A DNA stretch of 64,000 bases from an uncultured bacterium (GTDB lineage Bacteria; Bacteroidota; Bacteroidia; Bacteroidales; CAIXTV01). Below the pieces are notes generated by a model. It ran no database searches, was not told where the DNA came from, and saw nothing but the letters and a program-made list of their open reading frames with translations. The stretch is from NCBI GenBank assembly GCA_903922465.1, contig CAIXTV010000130.1, forward strand, positions 3,315 through 67,314. Reading direction: 5' to 3'. This document shows, in pieces, positions 38,128 to 47,903 of this stretch; within the stretch, counting starts at the first letter, position 1; each line of letters starts with the position of its first letter. The translations under genes were made by a program, and so were the position numbers.

Positions 38128-38135
38128 TAATTTTG
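38128..38135 (+). promoter_or_regulatory. -7 box TAATTTTG.
   Basis: 22 nt separate the box from the ATG at 38158. Confidence 0.4.
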
Positions 38136-38157
38136 TCCTGAAAAAAAGACATAATTA

Positions 38158-39342
38158 ATGAAGAAAAACTTATTACTCTCCAAAGCAATTATTTTTGTTT
38201 TCATATTGTTTGCTATTGTAGGATGCAACAGTAAACAGGCTGGCAAAAACGATTTTGTCATCAAAGGAAAATTAAGCAATTCATTAGGGGGTTACCTGAA
38301 ATTAGAGGTGCTTACCCCTAAAGATGTTATTCCTCTAGATTCTGTAAAACTAAAAGAGGATGGGAGTTTTTTCTTCCGCTATAAGCCAAATGAAACTGGG
38401 TTTTATTTTCTTAGTACAGATGCAAAAAATCATGTTTCATTATTGATACAAAAAGGCGAAACACTTGAGTTTTATGCCGAATTTGCATCTTTAGGCAAAA
38501 ACTATCAGGTTTCAGGTTCTGAAGGTTCAATGGAAATGAAGTTAATAAATGATAAGCTTAATGAGAATTATGTAAAAGTAGACTCTCTTCGAAAATTACT
38601 CGACATTAATAAATATCGCCCCAACTTTTTGGATGTCAAGAGACAATTAGATTCTGCCTATATTCAAATCAGGACAAAACATAAAGAGTTTATGCAGCAA
38701 TTTATCGAAAGTCATAGTACCTCATTGGCAAGCATAATAGCCATTTATCAAGATTTCGGAAGTTCGCATGTTTTCTCAGAGCGTAAAGACATTGCAATAT
38801 TCGACAAACTTGCTAAATCTATTATCTCTACTTATCCTGATAATTCACATGCTATTGAGTTTAATAAATCCCTTATTGGAATTCATAAAAAAATAGAAGA
38901 AGAAAATGCTATAGACAAAAGTCTAAGTGTAGGATCAATGGCACCCAACTTTCAACTCCCTGATACAAATAGAGCTATTTTCAACTTATCTTCTTTAAAG
39001 GGCAAAGTCGTGCTAATTGATTTCTGGGCAAGTTTTCATGCACCTTGTCGAAAACTCAACAGAATGTTAATTGCTCTTAATAATAAGTATAACCATAAAG
39101 GCTTGGAGATATTAGGCGTTTCGATGGATAAAGATGAAAAAGAATGGAAAGCTACTATTAAAAAAGACAAAATGACATGGAAAAACGTGAGCGATTTATT
39201 ATATTTCGAAAGCCCGGTCGCCAAGTTATACAATGTCACAGGCATTCCTTATTTAATTTTAATTGACCGTAGTGGGAAAATTATTGCTAAAGGAATTAAG
39301 CCTGGTGATTTGGAGAAAACCATAACAGAAGCGCTAAAATAA
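38158..39342 (+). CDS. TlpA/ResA-like thioredoxin-fold lipoprotein with an N-terminal DUF4369-like domain and an atypical active site.
   Basis: Lipobox FAIVGC. The thioredoxin-fold region is GKVVLIDFWASFHAPCRK, where the usual WASWCGPC is replaced by WASFHAPC. Confidence 0.72.
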   Translation: MKKNLLLSKAIIFVFILFAIVGCNSKQAGKNDFVIKGKLSNSLGGYLKLEVLTPKDVIPLDSVKLKEDGSFFFRYKPNETGFYFLSTDAKNHVSLLIQKGETLEFYAEFASLGKNYQVSGSEGSMEMKLINDKLNENYVKVDSLRKLLDINKYRPNFLDVKRQLDSAYIQIRTKHKEFMQQFIESHSTSLASIIAIYQDFGSSHVFSERKDIAIFDKLAKSIISTYPDNSHAIEFNKSLIGIHKKIEEENAIDKSLSVGSMAPNFQLPDTNRAIFNLSSLKGKVVLIDFWASFHAPCRKLNRMLIALNNKYNHKGLEILGVSMDKDEKEWKATIKKDKMTWKNVSDLLYFESPVAKLYNVTGIPYLILIDRSGKIIAKGIKPGDLEKTITEALK

Positions 39343-40097
39343 TGAGTTCAAAAATATATTTCGCCTCTGATTGCCACTTAGGTGTTCCCAACAAAAAAAG
39401 CAGTTTCGAACGCGAGAAACGTTTCGTTGGTTGGCTTGATGAAATCAAAACGGATGCATCAGAGTTGTTTCTTTTGGGTGATATTTTTGATTTTTGGTTT
39501 GAATATCATTCTGTAGTACCTAGAGGATATGTCCGCTTGTTAGGAAAGTTGGCAGAGCTGTCTGATAGTGGCATTAAAATTCATTATTTTACTGGCAACC
39601 ACGATATGTGGGTGTTTGATTATTTCACTGAAGAGCTGAATATTGAAGTCCATAAACAACCCATAATAAAAGAATTAAACGGAAAAAGATGTTTTATTGG
39701 GCATGGCGATGGATTGGGGGCTAAAGATTATGGATATAAGTTTATTAAAGCCATATTTGCTAGTAAAATAAACCAATGGCTTTTTGCTCGTTTGCATCCA
39801 AATTTTGCTTTTCGTATAGCAAAGTTTTTTTCGAGTAGAAGCAGAATTGCCAATGGAAATACCGATGAAGTTTTTTTAGGAGAAGAAAAAGAAAGACTCA
39901 TTAAATATTGTAAAGAGAAACTAGCTTATGAACATTTCGATTTTTTCATTTTTGGACATCGTCATTTGCCTTTGGATGTTCAACTTAATGACACTTCACG
40001 ATATATTAATTTAGGGGAATGGATTAAATCCAACTCTTATGCAGTTTTTGAAGATGATAAGCTTACATTAAAATTCCACAAAAGTTCACCTGACTAA
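39342..40097 (+). CDS. lpxH: UDP-2,3-diacylglucosamine diphosphatase (LpxH).
   Basis: IYFASDCHLG, LLGDIFDFWFEY, GNHDMW, GHGDG and FGHRH metallophosphoesterase motifs. The start overlaps the previous stop (TAATG). Confidence 0.85.
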   Translation: MSSKIYFASDCHLGVPNKKSSFEREKRFVGWLDEIKTDASELFLLGDIFDFWFEYHSVVPRGYVRLLGKLAELSDSGIKIHYFTGNHDMWVFDYFTEELNIEVHKQPIIKELNGKRCFIGHGDGLGAKDYGYKFIKAIFASKINQWLFARLHPNFAFRIAKFFSSRSRIANGNTDEVFLGEEKERLIKYCKEKLAYEHFDFFIFGHRHLPLDVQLNDTSRYINLGEWIKSNSYAVFEDDKLTLKFHKSSPD

Positions 40098-40128
40098 CAT
40101 ATTTACACTAATTCGCAAAACTATTAAC

Positions 40129-40596
40129 ATGAAAGCATCTAAACGCATTGCTCTTGTAGCGCACGACAACCGAAAAAAGGACCTCATCGAATGGGTCGAT
40201 TGGAACTATAAAATATTATTGAACCATCAATTGATTTGCACTGGGACTACCGGTATGATGGTAGAACAAGCGCTTCAAAAAAAATTACAATCTCACGATA
40301 ACTTTCGTTTCCCTGTTAAAAAACTTAAATCGGGTCCCTTAGGTGGCGATCAACAATTGGGTGCAATGATTTCGGAAGGAGAAATCGATTTAATGGTGTT
40401 TTTCTGGGATCCTATGTATTCTCAACCTCACGATGTGGATGTTAAGGCTTTGCTTCGCATAACAGTTGTTTATAATGTGCCCACTGCTTGCAATCGTTCG
40501 ACGGCTGATTTTTTAATTTCCTCTCCTTTATTAACAGAAGAGTATCATCCCCGAATGAATGACTATATAGATTATCGAAACCGCGAAATCACCTAA
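40129..40596 (+). CDS. mgsA: Methylglyoxal synthase.
   Basis: IALVAHDNRKKDL, LICTGTTG, GPLGGDQQLGA, FFWDP...HDVDVKALLR. Confidence 0.92.
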   Translation: MKASKRIALVAHDNRKKDLIEWVDWNYKILLNHQLICTGTTGMMVEQALQKKLQSHDNFRFPVKKLKSGPLGGDQQLGAMISEGEIDLMVFFWDPMYSQPHDVDVKALLRITVVYNVPTACNRSTADFLISSPLLTEEYHPRMNDYIDYRNREIT

Positions 40597-40694
40597 GGTG
40601 TTTCTAAGATTTACAAACAGAAAGTAGAACGCAATTACAATTTCACAACTGTAGTCGTAGAATTAGAAAAAATATCTTTTAAACAAAATCTGAT

Positions 40695-40702
40695 TAGCTT
40701 TG
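40695..40702 (+). promoter_or_regulatory. -7 box TAGCTTTG.
   Basis: 24 nt separate the box from the ATG at 40727. Confidence 0.4.
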
Positions 40703-40726
40703 TTGAATAAAATTAAATATTGAAAT

Positions 40727-41152
40727 ATGACTCTCAAAGAAATAGAAGAAGAAATCATTAGCGAATTTGAAGAATTCGATGATTGGATGGATAAATATAA
40801 CTACATCATCGAATTAGGCAAGAATTTGCCTATGATTGACGAGAAATATAAAGCCGACCAATTTCTTATTAGCGGTTGTCAATCGAAGGTTTGGGTGCAT
40901 GCTGAGTTTATTGAGGGAAAAGTAATTTTCTCTGCCGACAGCGATGCAATTATCACAAAAGGAATTGTAAATCTCCTTATTAGAGTTCTATCAGGCCGAA
41001 CTCCCGATGAAATATTAGAAGCCAAAATGGACTATATTAGCAAGGTTGGCCTCAATGACCATCTCAGTCCTACCCGTTCAAACGGACTAACTTCTATGAT
41101 TAAGCAAATGAAACTTTATGCTTTAGCATTTAAAACAAAACAATTAGGTTAA
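40727..41152 (+). CDS. sufE: SufE-like cysteine desulfuration protein.
   Basis: 141 aa with ISGCQSKVWVHAEF and RSNGLTSMIKQMK. Confidence 0.85.
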   Translation: MTLKEIEEEIISEFEEFDDWMDKYNYIIELGKNLPMIDEKYKADQFLISGCQSKVWVHAEFIEGKVIFSADSDAIITKGIVNLLIRVLSGRTPDEILEAKMDYISKVGLNDHLSPTRSNGLTSMIKQMKLYALAFKTKQLG

Positions 41153-41204
41153 AACCCCATATCTTATATTAATAAATTCAATTCACAAATTAAAATATTG
41201 TCCC

Positions 41205-41525
41205 ATGGAAATCCTTAACCCTAGCCCTTTAGAAGCAAAAATAATTGAAAAACTTAAAGATATATTTGATCCCGAGATTCCTGTAAACATTTTTGATCTG
41301 GGTCTGATTTATGGTATACGCGTCAATCCAGAAAATGAAGTCCATATAATAATGACGCTAACTTCGCCCAACTGCCCTGTTGCAGAATCGTTGCCTAACG
41401 ATGTTCATAATGAGATATTATCAATTGAAGAAGTGAAAAACGTTAACATCGAACTTTCTTTCGATCCTCCTTGGGATAAAGATATGCTTTCTGAAGAAGC
41501 GATGCTTGAATTGGGTTTATTATAA
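41205..41525 (+). CDS. DUF59 / SufT-like Fe-S cluster assembly protein.
   Basis: DPEIPVNIFDLGLIY and MTLTSPNCPVAESL. Confidence 0.8.
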   Translation: MEILNPSPLEAKIIEKLKDIFDPEIPVNIFDLGLIYGIRVNPENEVHIIMTLTSPNCPVAESLPNDVHNEILSIEEVKNVNIELSFDPPWDKDMLSEEAMLELGLL

Positions 41526-41538
41526 GCCCACAAATGAT

Positions 41539-41850
41539 GGTTTGAAACGTCATTGCGAGGAACTAACCTGCCTAACAGGCAGAGAAGGACGAAGCAATCT
41601 CAAACCTAAAAAGCTGTTTAGCTGTTTAGTAGTTTAGGCTTTTAGGAAGAAAAAGTCCCAAGTCCCAAGTCCCAAATTTCAAATTCCAAGACCCAAGGGG
41701 TGAAATCGCTTACTTGAAACTTCAATGCAAGGGGAAATGGCTTGTTTGAAACGTCATTGCGAGGAACTAACCTGCCTAACAGGCAGAGAAGGACGAAGCA
41801 ATCTCAAGCCTAAAAAGCTGTGTAGTAGTTTAGGCTTTTAAGAAGAAGGA
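41539..41850 (+). repeat. About 1.7 tandem copies of a ~190-bp REP-like composite unit (left arm of a foldback structure).
   Basis: gtttgaaacgtcattgcgaggaactaacctgcctaacaggcagagaaggacgaagcaatctcaa occurs twice (at 41540 and 41744), with cccaagtcccaagtcccaaatttcaaattccaag between the copies. Confidence 0.88.
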
Positions 41851-42131
41851 CCAAAAATCAGATTTTTAATTGAAAATAGGGGGATTGGGTAAGAGTTATT
41901 AGGTTAATGGGTGGATTTGAGGTGAAGGATATGGTGATTTCAGGTGCAAAATGGGCTAGACTGATTTCCGATTATATTTATCTTTCTAATGTTTTGGCAC
42001 TGTTTCTGTAGTTGAAAATTTTTCAATACATCACTTCAATATTTTGTTTTTGAATAGCTATTGTTTACCCACAGCATTTTGCCCTATTAGGTTTTTGATG
42101 AAATTTTGCTTTCAAATGGGAAAATAAACAT

Positions 42132-42420
42132 GTTTGTCGTTATGACGAGCAGCATCATAGTGAAAAATAAGTTTGTTTGTCACAGTGATTGGTTGAATCA
42201 TAGCATAAAATAAGTTTCTTTATCGTCATGAACCGGAGCGTCATAGTGTAAAAGGAGTTTCTTTATCCTTATGAACCGGAGAGTCATCCTATAAAAGGAG
42301 TTTCTTTATCGTCATGAACCGGAAATTCATAGTATAAAAAGAGTTTCTTTATCGTTATGAACCGAAGAGTCATAGTATAAAAGGAGTTTCTTTATCGTTA
42401 TGAACCGGAGCGTCATACTT
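42132..42420. repeat. 43-bp tandem repeat, about 6.8 copies.
   Basis: Units start at 42132, 42171, 42214, 42257, 42300, 42343 and 42386 (gtttctttatcgtcatgaaccggagcgtcatagtgtaaaagga). Confidence 0.88.
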
Positions 42421-42987
42421 AATTACGTAGGGATTCAGAGGACAACCACCATTTTTTTCCTCCTCCTGAGCGGCGAATTTTTACGATGAGGATAATTTGC
42501 AATTATCATCATTATTAGATGCATTCTGTTACAAAACAACACGATTTAAACCTTAATAGAAAAACCACTAAAACACCTAACTCCAACCTTATTAGCATTT
42601 CGAGAGGAGAGAAGGTAATAAGCTTAGGGTTAATAAGGCCTTGGCTTTTCTATTAAGGTTTGGAAGGGGAAGAAGACTTTTATTCAATTGACAATTGAGA
42701 ATGGAAAATTGACAATGATTTTTTACCGATATATCATCCCTGACGGGATTTGGAGAATTAAAAATGGGTTGTATGGTAACTCTTAAATGGTAAATGGATT
42801 GATACAAAGTAATAATTTATGGGTTTGTGTTTATTGATATTATATCAGGCTTGTGAGAGAAAGATGTAATTAGCGAATTTATTTTATCATATTTTTGCAA
42901 GAGTAAATCAGCAATTAAATCATAAAAATCAGCGTTTCTTGAATCAGCGTCATCAGCGTTCTATTTTTCCAACTAATTAAATTTGCA

Positions 42988-43710
42988 AACAGCTTTTTGG
43001 CTTTGAGATTGCTTCGTGCTATGACGTTTCAAATGGGCGGTTTCGTCTTGCAATACCGTTTCAAATAAACGGCTTCCCCTCTTGGGACTTGGAATTTGAA
43101 ATTTGGGGCTTGGGTCTTTTCTTCCTAAAAGTCTAAACTACTAAATGTCTAAACAGCTTTTTTGTTTTGAGATTGCTTCGTCCTTCCCTGCCTGTTAGGC
43201 AGTGAAGTTCCTCGCTATGACGTTTCAAATGGGTGGTTTCGTCTTGCAATACCGTTTCAAATAAACTGCTTCCCCCCTTGGGACTTGGAATTTGAAATTT
43301 GGGGCTTGGGTCTTTTCTTCCTAAATGTCTAAACAGCTAAACAGCTTTTTGGGTTGGAGATTGCTTAGTCCTTCCCTGCCTGTTAGGCAGTGAAGTTCCT
43401 CGCTATGACGTTTCAAATGGGCGGTTTCGTCTTGCAATACCGTTTCAAATAAACGGCTTCCCCCCTTGGGACTTGGAATTTGAAATTTGGGGCTTGGCTC
43501 TTTTCTACCTAAATGTCTAAACTACTAAATGTCTAAACAGCTTTTTGGCTTTGAAATTGCTTCGTCCTTCCCTGCCTGTTAGGCAGTGAAGTTCCTCGCT
43601 ATGACGTTTCAAATGGGCGGTTTCGTCTTGCAATACCGTTTCAAATAAACTAATCCCCCCCTTGGGACTTGGAATTTGAAATTTGGGGCTTGGGTCTTTT
43701 CTTCCTAAAA
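42988..43710 (-). repeat. About 3.8 tandem copies of the same ~190-bp unit, inverted relative to 41539..41850 (right arm).
   Basis: The anchor ga(g/a)attgcttcgt occurs at 43005, 43169, 43357 and 43553. The reverse complement aligns with the left-arm unit at roughly 85-90 percent identity by eye. The last unit contains the stop codon of the 43705..45510 gene. Confidence 0.88.
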
Positions 43711-45510
43711 GCCGTCTGAAACTCTAATTTTAATGCTCCCCCTCTTCAGTTGAAAAGGAATTTTATCCACGTTCCATAAATAAACAAGCATTTTTTTTGC
43801 GTCCTTAGCGTCATGAGGAATCCAAATCTTAACAGAAGTAGTGCCATAGGGCGAGAGAAAAGCAGCCTGAAGCCATTCAAGAGGAGAGTTTTTGTAGAGG
43901 ATGTTGCCCCCGGCGCTGTCACTCAACGAACAAACTAAATGCAAACGGGGAGCCTTGCGAAGGGTCTGCAAATTAAATTGTGTTTCAATCAGAAAACATT
44001 GCCCACCAAGGGTGTCGGCTCTTGATGTTTCGTAGAAACCAAAAAACTCATCATTGCAAGTTGAAGGGCTGTTAATATCGGTTCTTTGATAAACATCCAC
44101 AGTGCGATGAATGCTTTTTCGCTTGGCAAGTGTTATATTCGACCAGCGATCGGTGTAAACCGAATCATAAAGATTTCTGTTTAAATCAAAATCACCCCTG
44201 ACATACATTATAAAGTCCTCGTAATTGCTGTAATAATCAGCGAACTGAAGATTTTGAAGCTTATCCTTCTCCTGATAATTATACCAAGCCCATTGAAGAG
44301 ATTGCATATGATAGCCGCCTATAGTAGGATCCTTTATTCCGTTAGTGTCCGAGGTTTGATCATGAACTTTATTCCAGAATTCTTTCGAAATCCCTTCATC
44401 TTTCCATAAAGTAGTATATCCTAAATTCATATGAAAAACAAAATGCACTAAAAAGAAAATCGAAAAAGCATAGGCTAAGTAATGAAAGCGGGCATGGAGT
44501 TTGTCGAGAATAAACAGCATCGAAAGCCAAAGAAGTAAAATCAAATGCATTCCCGTGCGGTCAGAAGGATAATTGATGTTTAAAAGCCATTTCATCATAA
44601 AAAGGCCTGCAACATTCAAAAATAATAGCCCGGGTAAGAGGATGGTGGCAAATTCATTGGACGTTTGAGTCTTAAAGCGATAAACAAAGACAGACAACAG
44701 CAAGATGCTGATTATAAACCAGCACACCCAAATGGAATCGGCTAAAGGATTGATACTTCCGAAATACATCCGGCTAAAGGATGAAATGGAAACTTCCCAA
44801 AAACTTTCGCCTTCGCCATAATACAAGAGGTTCAAGGACTTAAGTTTGAAAGAAAGCATCACCAAGGGGATTGAAAAGACCATAAACATGCCGAGAAGCA
44901 GGCTTATTTTCATCTTAAAAAGGCTTTTTCGGAAGTTCAACACTTGCTGAAGACCTACAAGAAAGCAAAAAATGAGGGCGATGTTCAATAAGGTGAGATT
45001 ACCAAGTATTGCGAACCAGAAAAACATTAGGGAATAGCTCAAATGCTTCAATTTGTATTGCCTGAAAAAAATAAGACCAAAATAGAAAGCCCCCATCAAC
45101 AAAGCCATCGAAATGCCATAGCCTCGGCTCAAGGTGAAAAACTCGATAAACCCATGCATACATAAACCTAAAGCCCAAAAGGAAACCCTCAGTAACTTAT
45201 GCTCTAACAATTCGCTCAGTTTTAGGAGGAAGTAAGCATACACTATAAAAAACAGCAGATTAGGCAGGCGAAGGGCAAAAAGGTTATTCCCCAAAAGACG
45301 AACCGACCCTATACTCAAAGCCGAATTGATGAGGTGATTGTTTGCATCCCAATGGGCTAATCCCGGAATGAATTCGCCTTGTATAACGTAATGAAAGAAG
45401 GTAGCGGCTTCATCGTGCATGATAGGCACATAGCAGGCCCTTAGAATCAGATAGATGAAAACTAATGCTGCACTTATGAAAAATGTGAGCCTGTTGCTTA
45501 TGATATTCAT
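43705..45510 (-). CDS. GT-C fold membrane glycosyltransferase (ArnT/PMT, GT39/GT83-like).
   Basis: It has at least 10 TM helices, a first-loop HDEAATFFHY (DE motif), and a ~200-aa C-terminal soluble domain. Confidence 0.55.
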   Translation of the reverse strand: MNIISNRLTFFISAALVFIYLILRACYVPIMHDEAATFFHYVIQGEFIPGLAHWDANNHLINSALSIGSVRLLGNNLFALRLPNLLFFIVYAYFLLKLSELLEHKLLRVSFWALGLCMHGFIEFFTLSRGYGISMALLMGAFYFGLIFFRQYKLKHLSYSLMFFWFAILGNLTLLNIALIFCFLVGLQQVLNFRKSLFKMKISLLLGMFMVFSIPLVMLSFKLKSLNLLYYGEGESFWEVSISSFSRMYFGSINPLADSIWVCWFIISILLLSVFVYRFKTQTSNEFATILLPGLLFLNVAGLFMMKWLLNINYPSDRTGMHLILLLWLSMLFILDKLHARFHYLAYAFSIFFLVHFVFHMNLGYTTLWKDEGISKEFWNKVHDQTSDTNGIKDPTIGGYHMQSLQWAWYNYQEKDKLQNLQFADYYSNYEDFIMYVRGDFDLNRNLYDSVYTDRWSNITLAKRKSIHRTVDVYQRTDINSPSTCNDEFFGFYETSRADTLGGQCFLIETQFNLQTLRKAPRLHLVCSLSDSAGGNILYKNSPLEWLQAAFLSPYGTTSVKIWIPHDAKDAKKMLVYLWNVDKIPFQLKRGSIKIRVSDGF

Positions 45511-45560
45511 GCTTTATTAATCTATAGTAATGCTTAAACTTAAACAAGCGACCCCCAAGG

Positions 45561-47894
45561 CTACTTTGTTTTCTTCTTTGGGGGAATAATAATTTGGGGC
45601 TTCTTAATCACCTGCGCTTGAAAAGTCAATACGGGTTTTACGCTAGTATTAGCATTAATATAAATCTCTTTCGAATAGCTTCCTTCTGTTATGGGAGCCG
45701 TGAACAAAATATTAATCATCGACTTGCCACCGGGCAAAATCTTTTCGGGAGAAAAGTCGAAGCTAAAGCAGTCGGAATTGCTGCTAAGGGTTTTAATATA
45801 AAGAGGCGATTGCCCGGTATTTCTTATGCTACACGAAACCACTTTCTTTTCACCTACTGGGATGTTCCCTATGTTGAAGAGCTGCAGGTCGAAGGAAACA
45901 GTGGTGTTTTGCAAACTGTCTTTCTGCTTATTAGAGAATGAATCGTAATATAATATCTGAATCTTGCGCTCAAGGGCAGCTTCAGGATTGTAAATGGAAT
46001 TGCGTGGGTCGTTAGGATTGTCGCTAACTTTAGGGTTGGCTTTACTCTTGCCGAAAGGTTCTTCGTAAATCTTTAAGCGAGCATCTTGTTTTGTCGTCGA
46101 ATCCATAAATGCAACGAAATAGCCCTTTTCATAAACCCTTATGAAATTAAGTAAACTCGAAATGCGTCGCTTCGAAAGATTGACATTATACTCGCTATTG
46201 TTTAGCGGACTGGCATAACCTTTTATGGTGATGGCTACCCGGTTGCCTTTATCAAGGTCTTTCTTCAGAAGTGCCAAAAACTCTTCTAATTGCTGAAAGC
46301 CTTTTTCGACATAATTGCTAAAGAAATCCCTGATACTGTTTTGAGCCTCAGCTTTTTCTTTCCCCTTCAATCCTCTTGAAAACTCAGTCGAATATTCCTC
46401 TTTCATTTGCAGGTAGTTCGATAAGCAATGCTGATAGGTTTGATCAGTTGAGGTTTTGGTAGTTGCAGGGTCAGGCTCATCGTTATGGAAAAAGAGTGTA
46501 AGAGGCAGGAAACTGCGGATGGTGTCCTGATATTGAATGGTGTCGGTGTGTTGAATAATGCTGTCTACCCTAGTATTAATCATTTCCCACGAATAAATGT
46601 CATTGCAACAGGTTTCTCCTTTAATATGATAGGAGCCTGGACGATTGGAGGTGAAATAGCCGTCAGTGTCTGAATTATTCACCACAAAATACATCTCGTT
46701 GCAAGCTGAATTTAGGGGATAGCCAACATTGGCCGGAAGGGTCCAAGCATTAAAACCTCCTGCCGACTTAAAGATGTCGAATCCCCCCAATCCTCCGTGC
46801 CAATCGGAGCTGAAATATAAGATTTGGGTTTTTGAATGATAAAAGGGAGTGATTTCATCTCCGGGGGTATTGATGATATTGCCTGCATTTACCGGCTCAT
46901 AGAAGCGATTATTCTTGTAAACAGAATACCAGATGTCGTTGCCCCCGAAACCACCTTTGCGGTCGGACACAAAATAGAGCACTTCATCTCCCTCAACGGT
47001 TTTTGCAAAGCAGGGTTGAGTGGAAGTAAAGCCCTTAGCATTTATATTTAGCTTATAAGGAGACTGCCATTCATTATTTTTCTTTTCGCATGCGTATATG
47101 TCGCACTTCAACTGCCCGTTAGTGCCATTCTGGCATTGAGTGTAAATTAAGAGGGTGTAATTTTCGTTAAAAGTAAGGTTAGCAGTGTGGTATTTTGAAT
47201 TATTAATACGATTTTCCCAAAGTTTTCTGTGTGCATACCCTGCCATTGTCATCTTAGCACTTCCAATGCGCGAAAGATAAACGCTTGGGAAAATTGAACC
47301 ATAATCGTTAGTAGTGAGTTGCTGCAAAGTAGAGAATAGAAGTAAGCTGTCGCCCAGTTGCAAAGCCCCGAACTCTGAATAAGGGGTATTAACCTGCTGG
47401 TCAAGATGAAAGATATTTGTTGCAATAGGGTTATTAATCAATTTTTGAGCCGAGGCACAGGCTACTATTTCCTTTTCTGCCTTCAGGCAGTAGAAGTCTT
47501 TCTCCTTACAATATTTTTTAAGATAAAGTTTAAGATAAAGCATTGCTTCATCATAATTAGCTTCACTTTTCAACATCATTGCAAGCCAAAAACAACTTAA
47601 AGGATAGGCGTCTGCGCTGTCGTGTGAAAAAACAAAAGAATACCATACAGCAGCCCCAGGATAATTATTACTTAAACGGAAAGACTCAGCAAGTTGAAAA
47701 GTTAAATCAAGGTTGGTGGAATCTTTAGTGATGTATTGATTAAGAATGTCGCTAGCTAAAAAATAATCTCCATCGTCCATAGCCTGACTTGCAGCCTTTT
47801 CTGTTTCAGTGGCTTGCTGAGAATACAAGGGCTGCAAAAAGAATAATCCAATTAAAATAAACAGCAAACGAATATATGTAGAATTGATTTTCAT
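45561..47894 (-). CDS. TPR + PD40/TolB-like propeller + OmpA-family peptidoglycan-binding + DUF1573-like protein.
   Basis: FVSDRKGGFGGNDIWYS is PD40-like, ITIKGYASPLNNSEYNVNLSKRRISS is OmpA_C-like, and the C-terminal FNIGNIPVGEKKVVSCSIRNTGQSPLYI is DUF1573-like. The track start at 47903 is TTG; I use the ATG at 47894. Confidence 0.8.
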   Translation of the reverse strand: MKINSTYIRLLFILIGLFFLQPLYSQQATETEKAASQAMDDGDYFLASDILNQYITKDSTNLDLTFQLAESFRLSNNYPGAAVWYSFVFSHDSADAYPLSCFWLAMMLKSEANYDEAMLYLKLYLKKYCKEKDFYCLKAEKEIVACASAQKLINNPIATNIFHLDQQVNTPYSEFGALQLGDSLLLFSTLQQLTTNDYGSIFPSVYLSRIGSAKMTMAGYAHRKLWENRINNSKYHTANLTFNENYTLLIYTQCQNGTNGQLKCDIYACEKKNNEWQSPYKLNINAKGFTSTQPCFAKTVEGDEVLYFVSDRKGGFGGNDIWYSVYKNNRFYEPVNAGNIINTPGDEITPFYHSKTQILYFSSDWHGGLGGFDIFKSAGGFNAWTLPANVGYPLNSACNEMYFVVNNSDTDGYFTSNRPGSYHIKGETCCNDIYSWEMINTRVDSIIQHTDTIQYQDTIRSFLPLTLFFHNDEPDPATTKTSTDQTYQHCLSNYLQMKEEYSTEFSRGLKGKEKAEAQNSIRDFFSNYVEKGFQQLEEFLALLKKDLDKGNRVAITIKGYASPLNNSEYNVNLSKRRISSLLNFIRVYEKGYFVAFMDSTTKQDARLKIYEEPFGKSKANPKVSDNPNDPRNSIYNPEAALERKIQILYYDSFSNKQKDSLQNTTVSFDLQLFNIGNIPVGEKKVVSCSIRNTGQSPLYIKTLSSNSDCFSFDFSPEKILPGGKSMINILFTAPITEGSYSKEIYINANTSVKPVLTFQAQVIKKPQIIIPPKKKTK

Positions 47895-47903
47895 GAATGC
47901 CAA

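Noticed and set aside
42592-42807. The 71-aa ORF in the core of the foldback island, as a candidate cargo gene.
   Set aside because: The product is low-complexity, no -7 box lies at the right distance, and the ORF sits in repeat-derived sequence. I cannot exclude expression.
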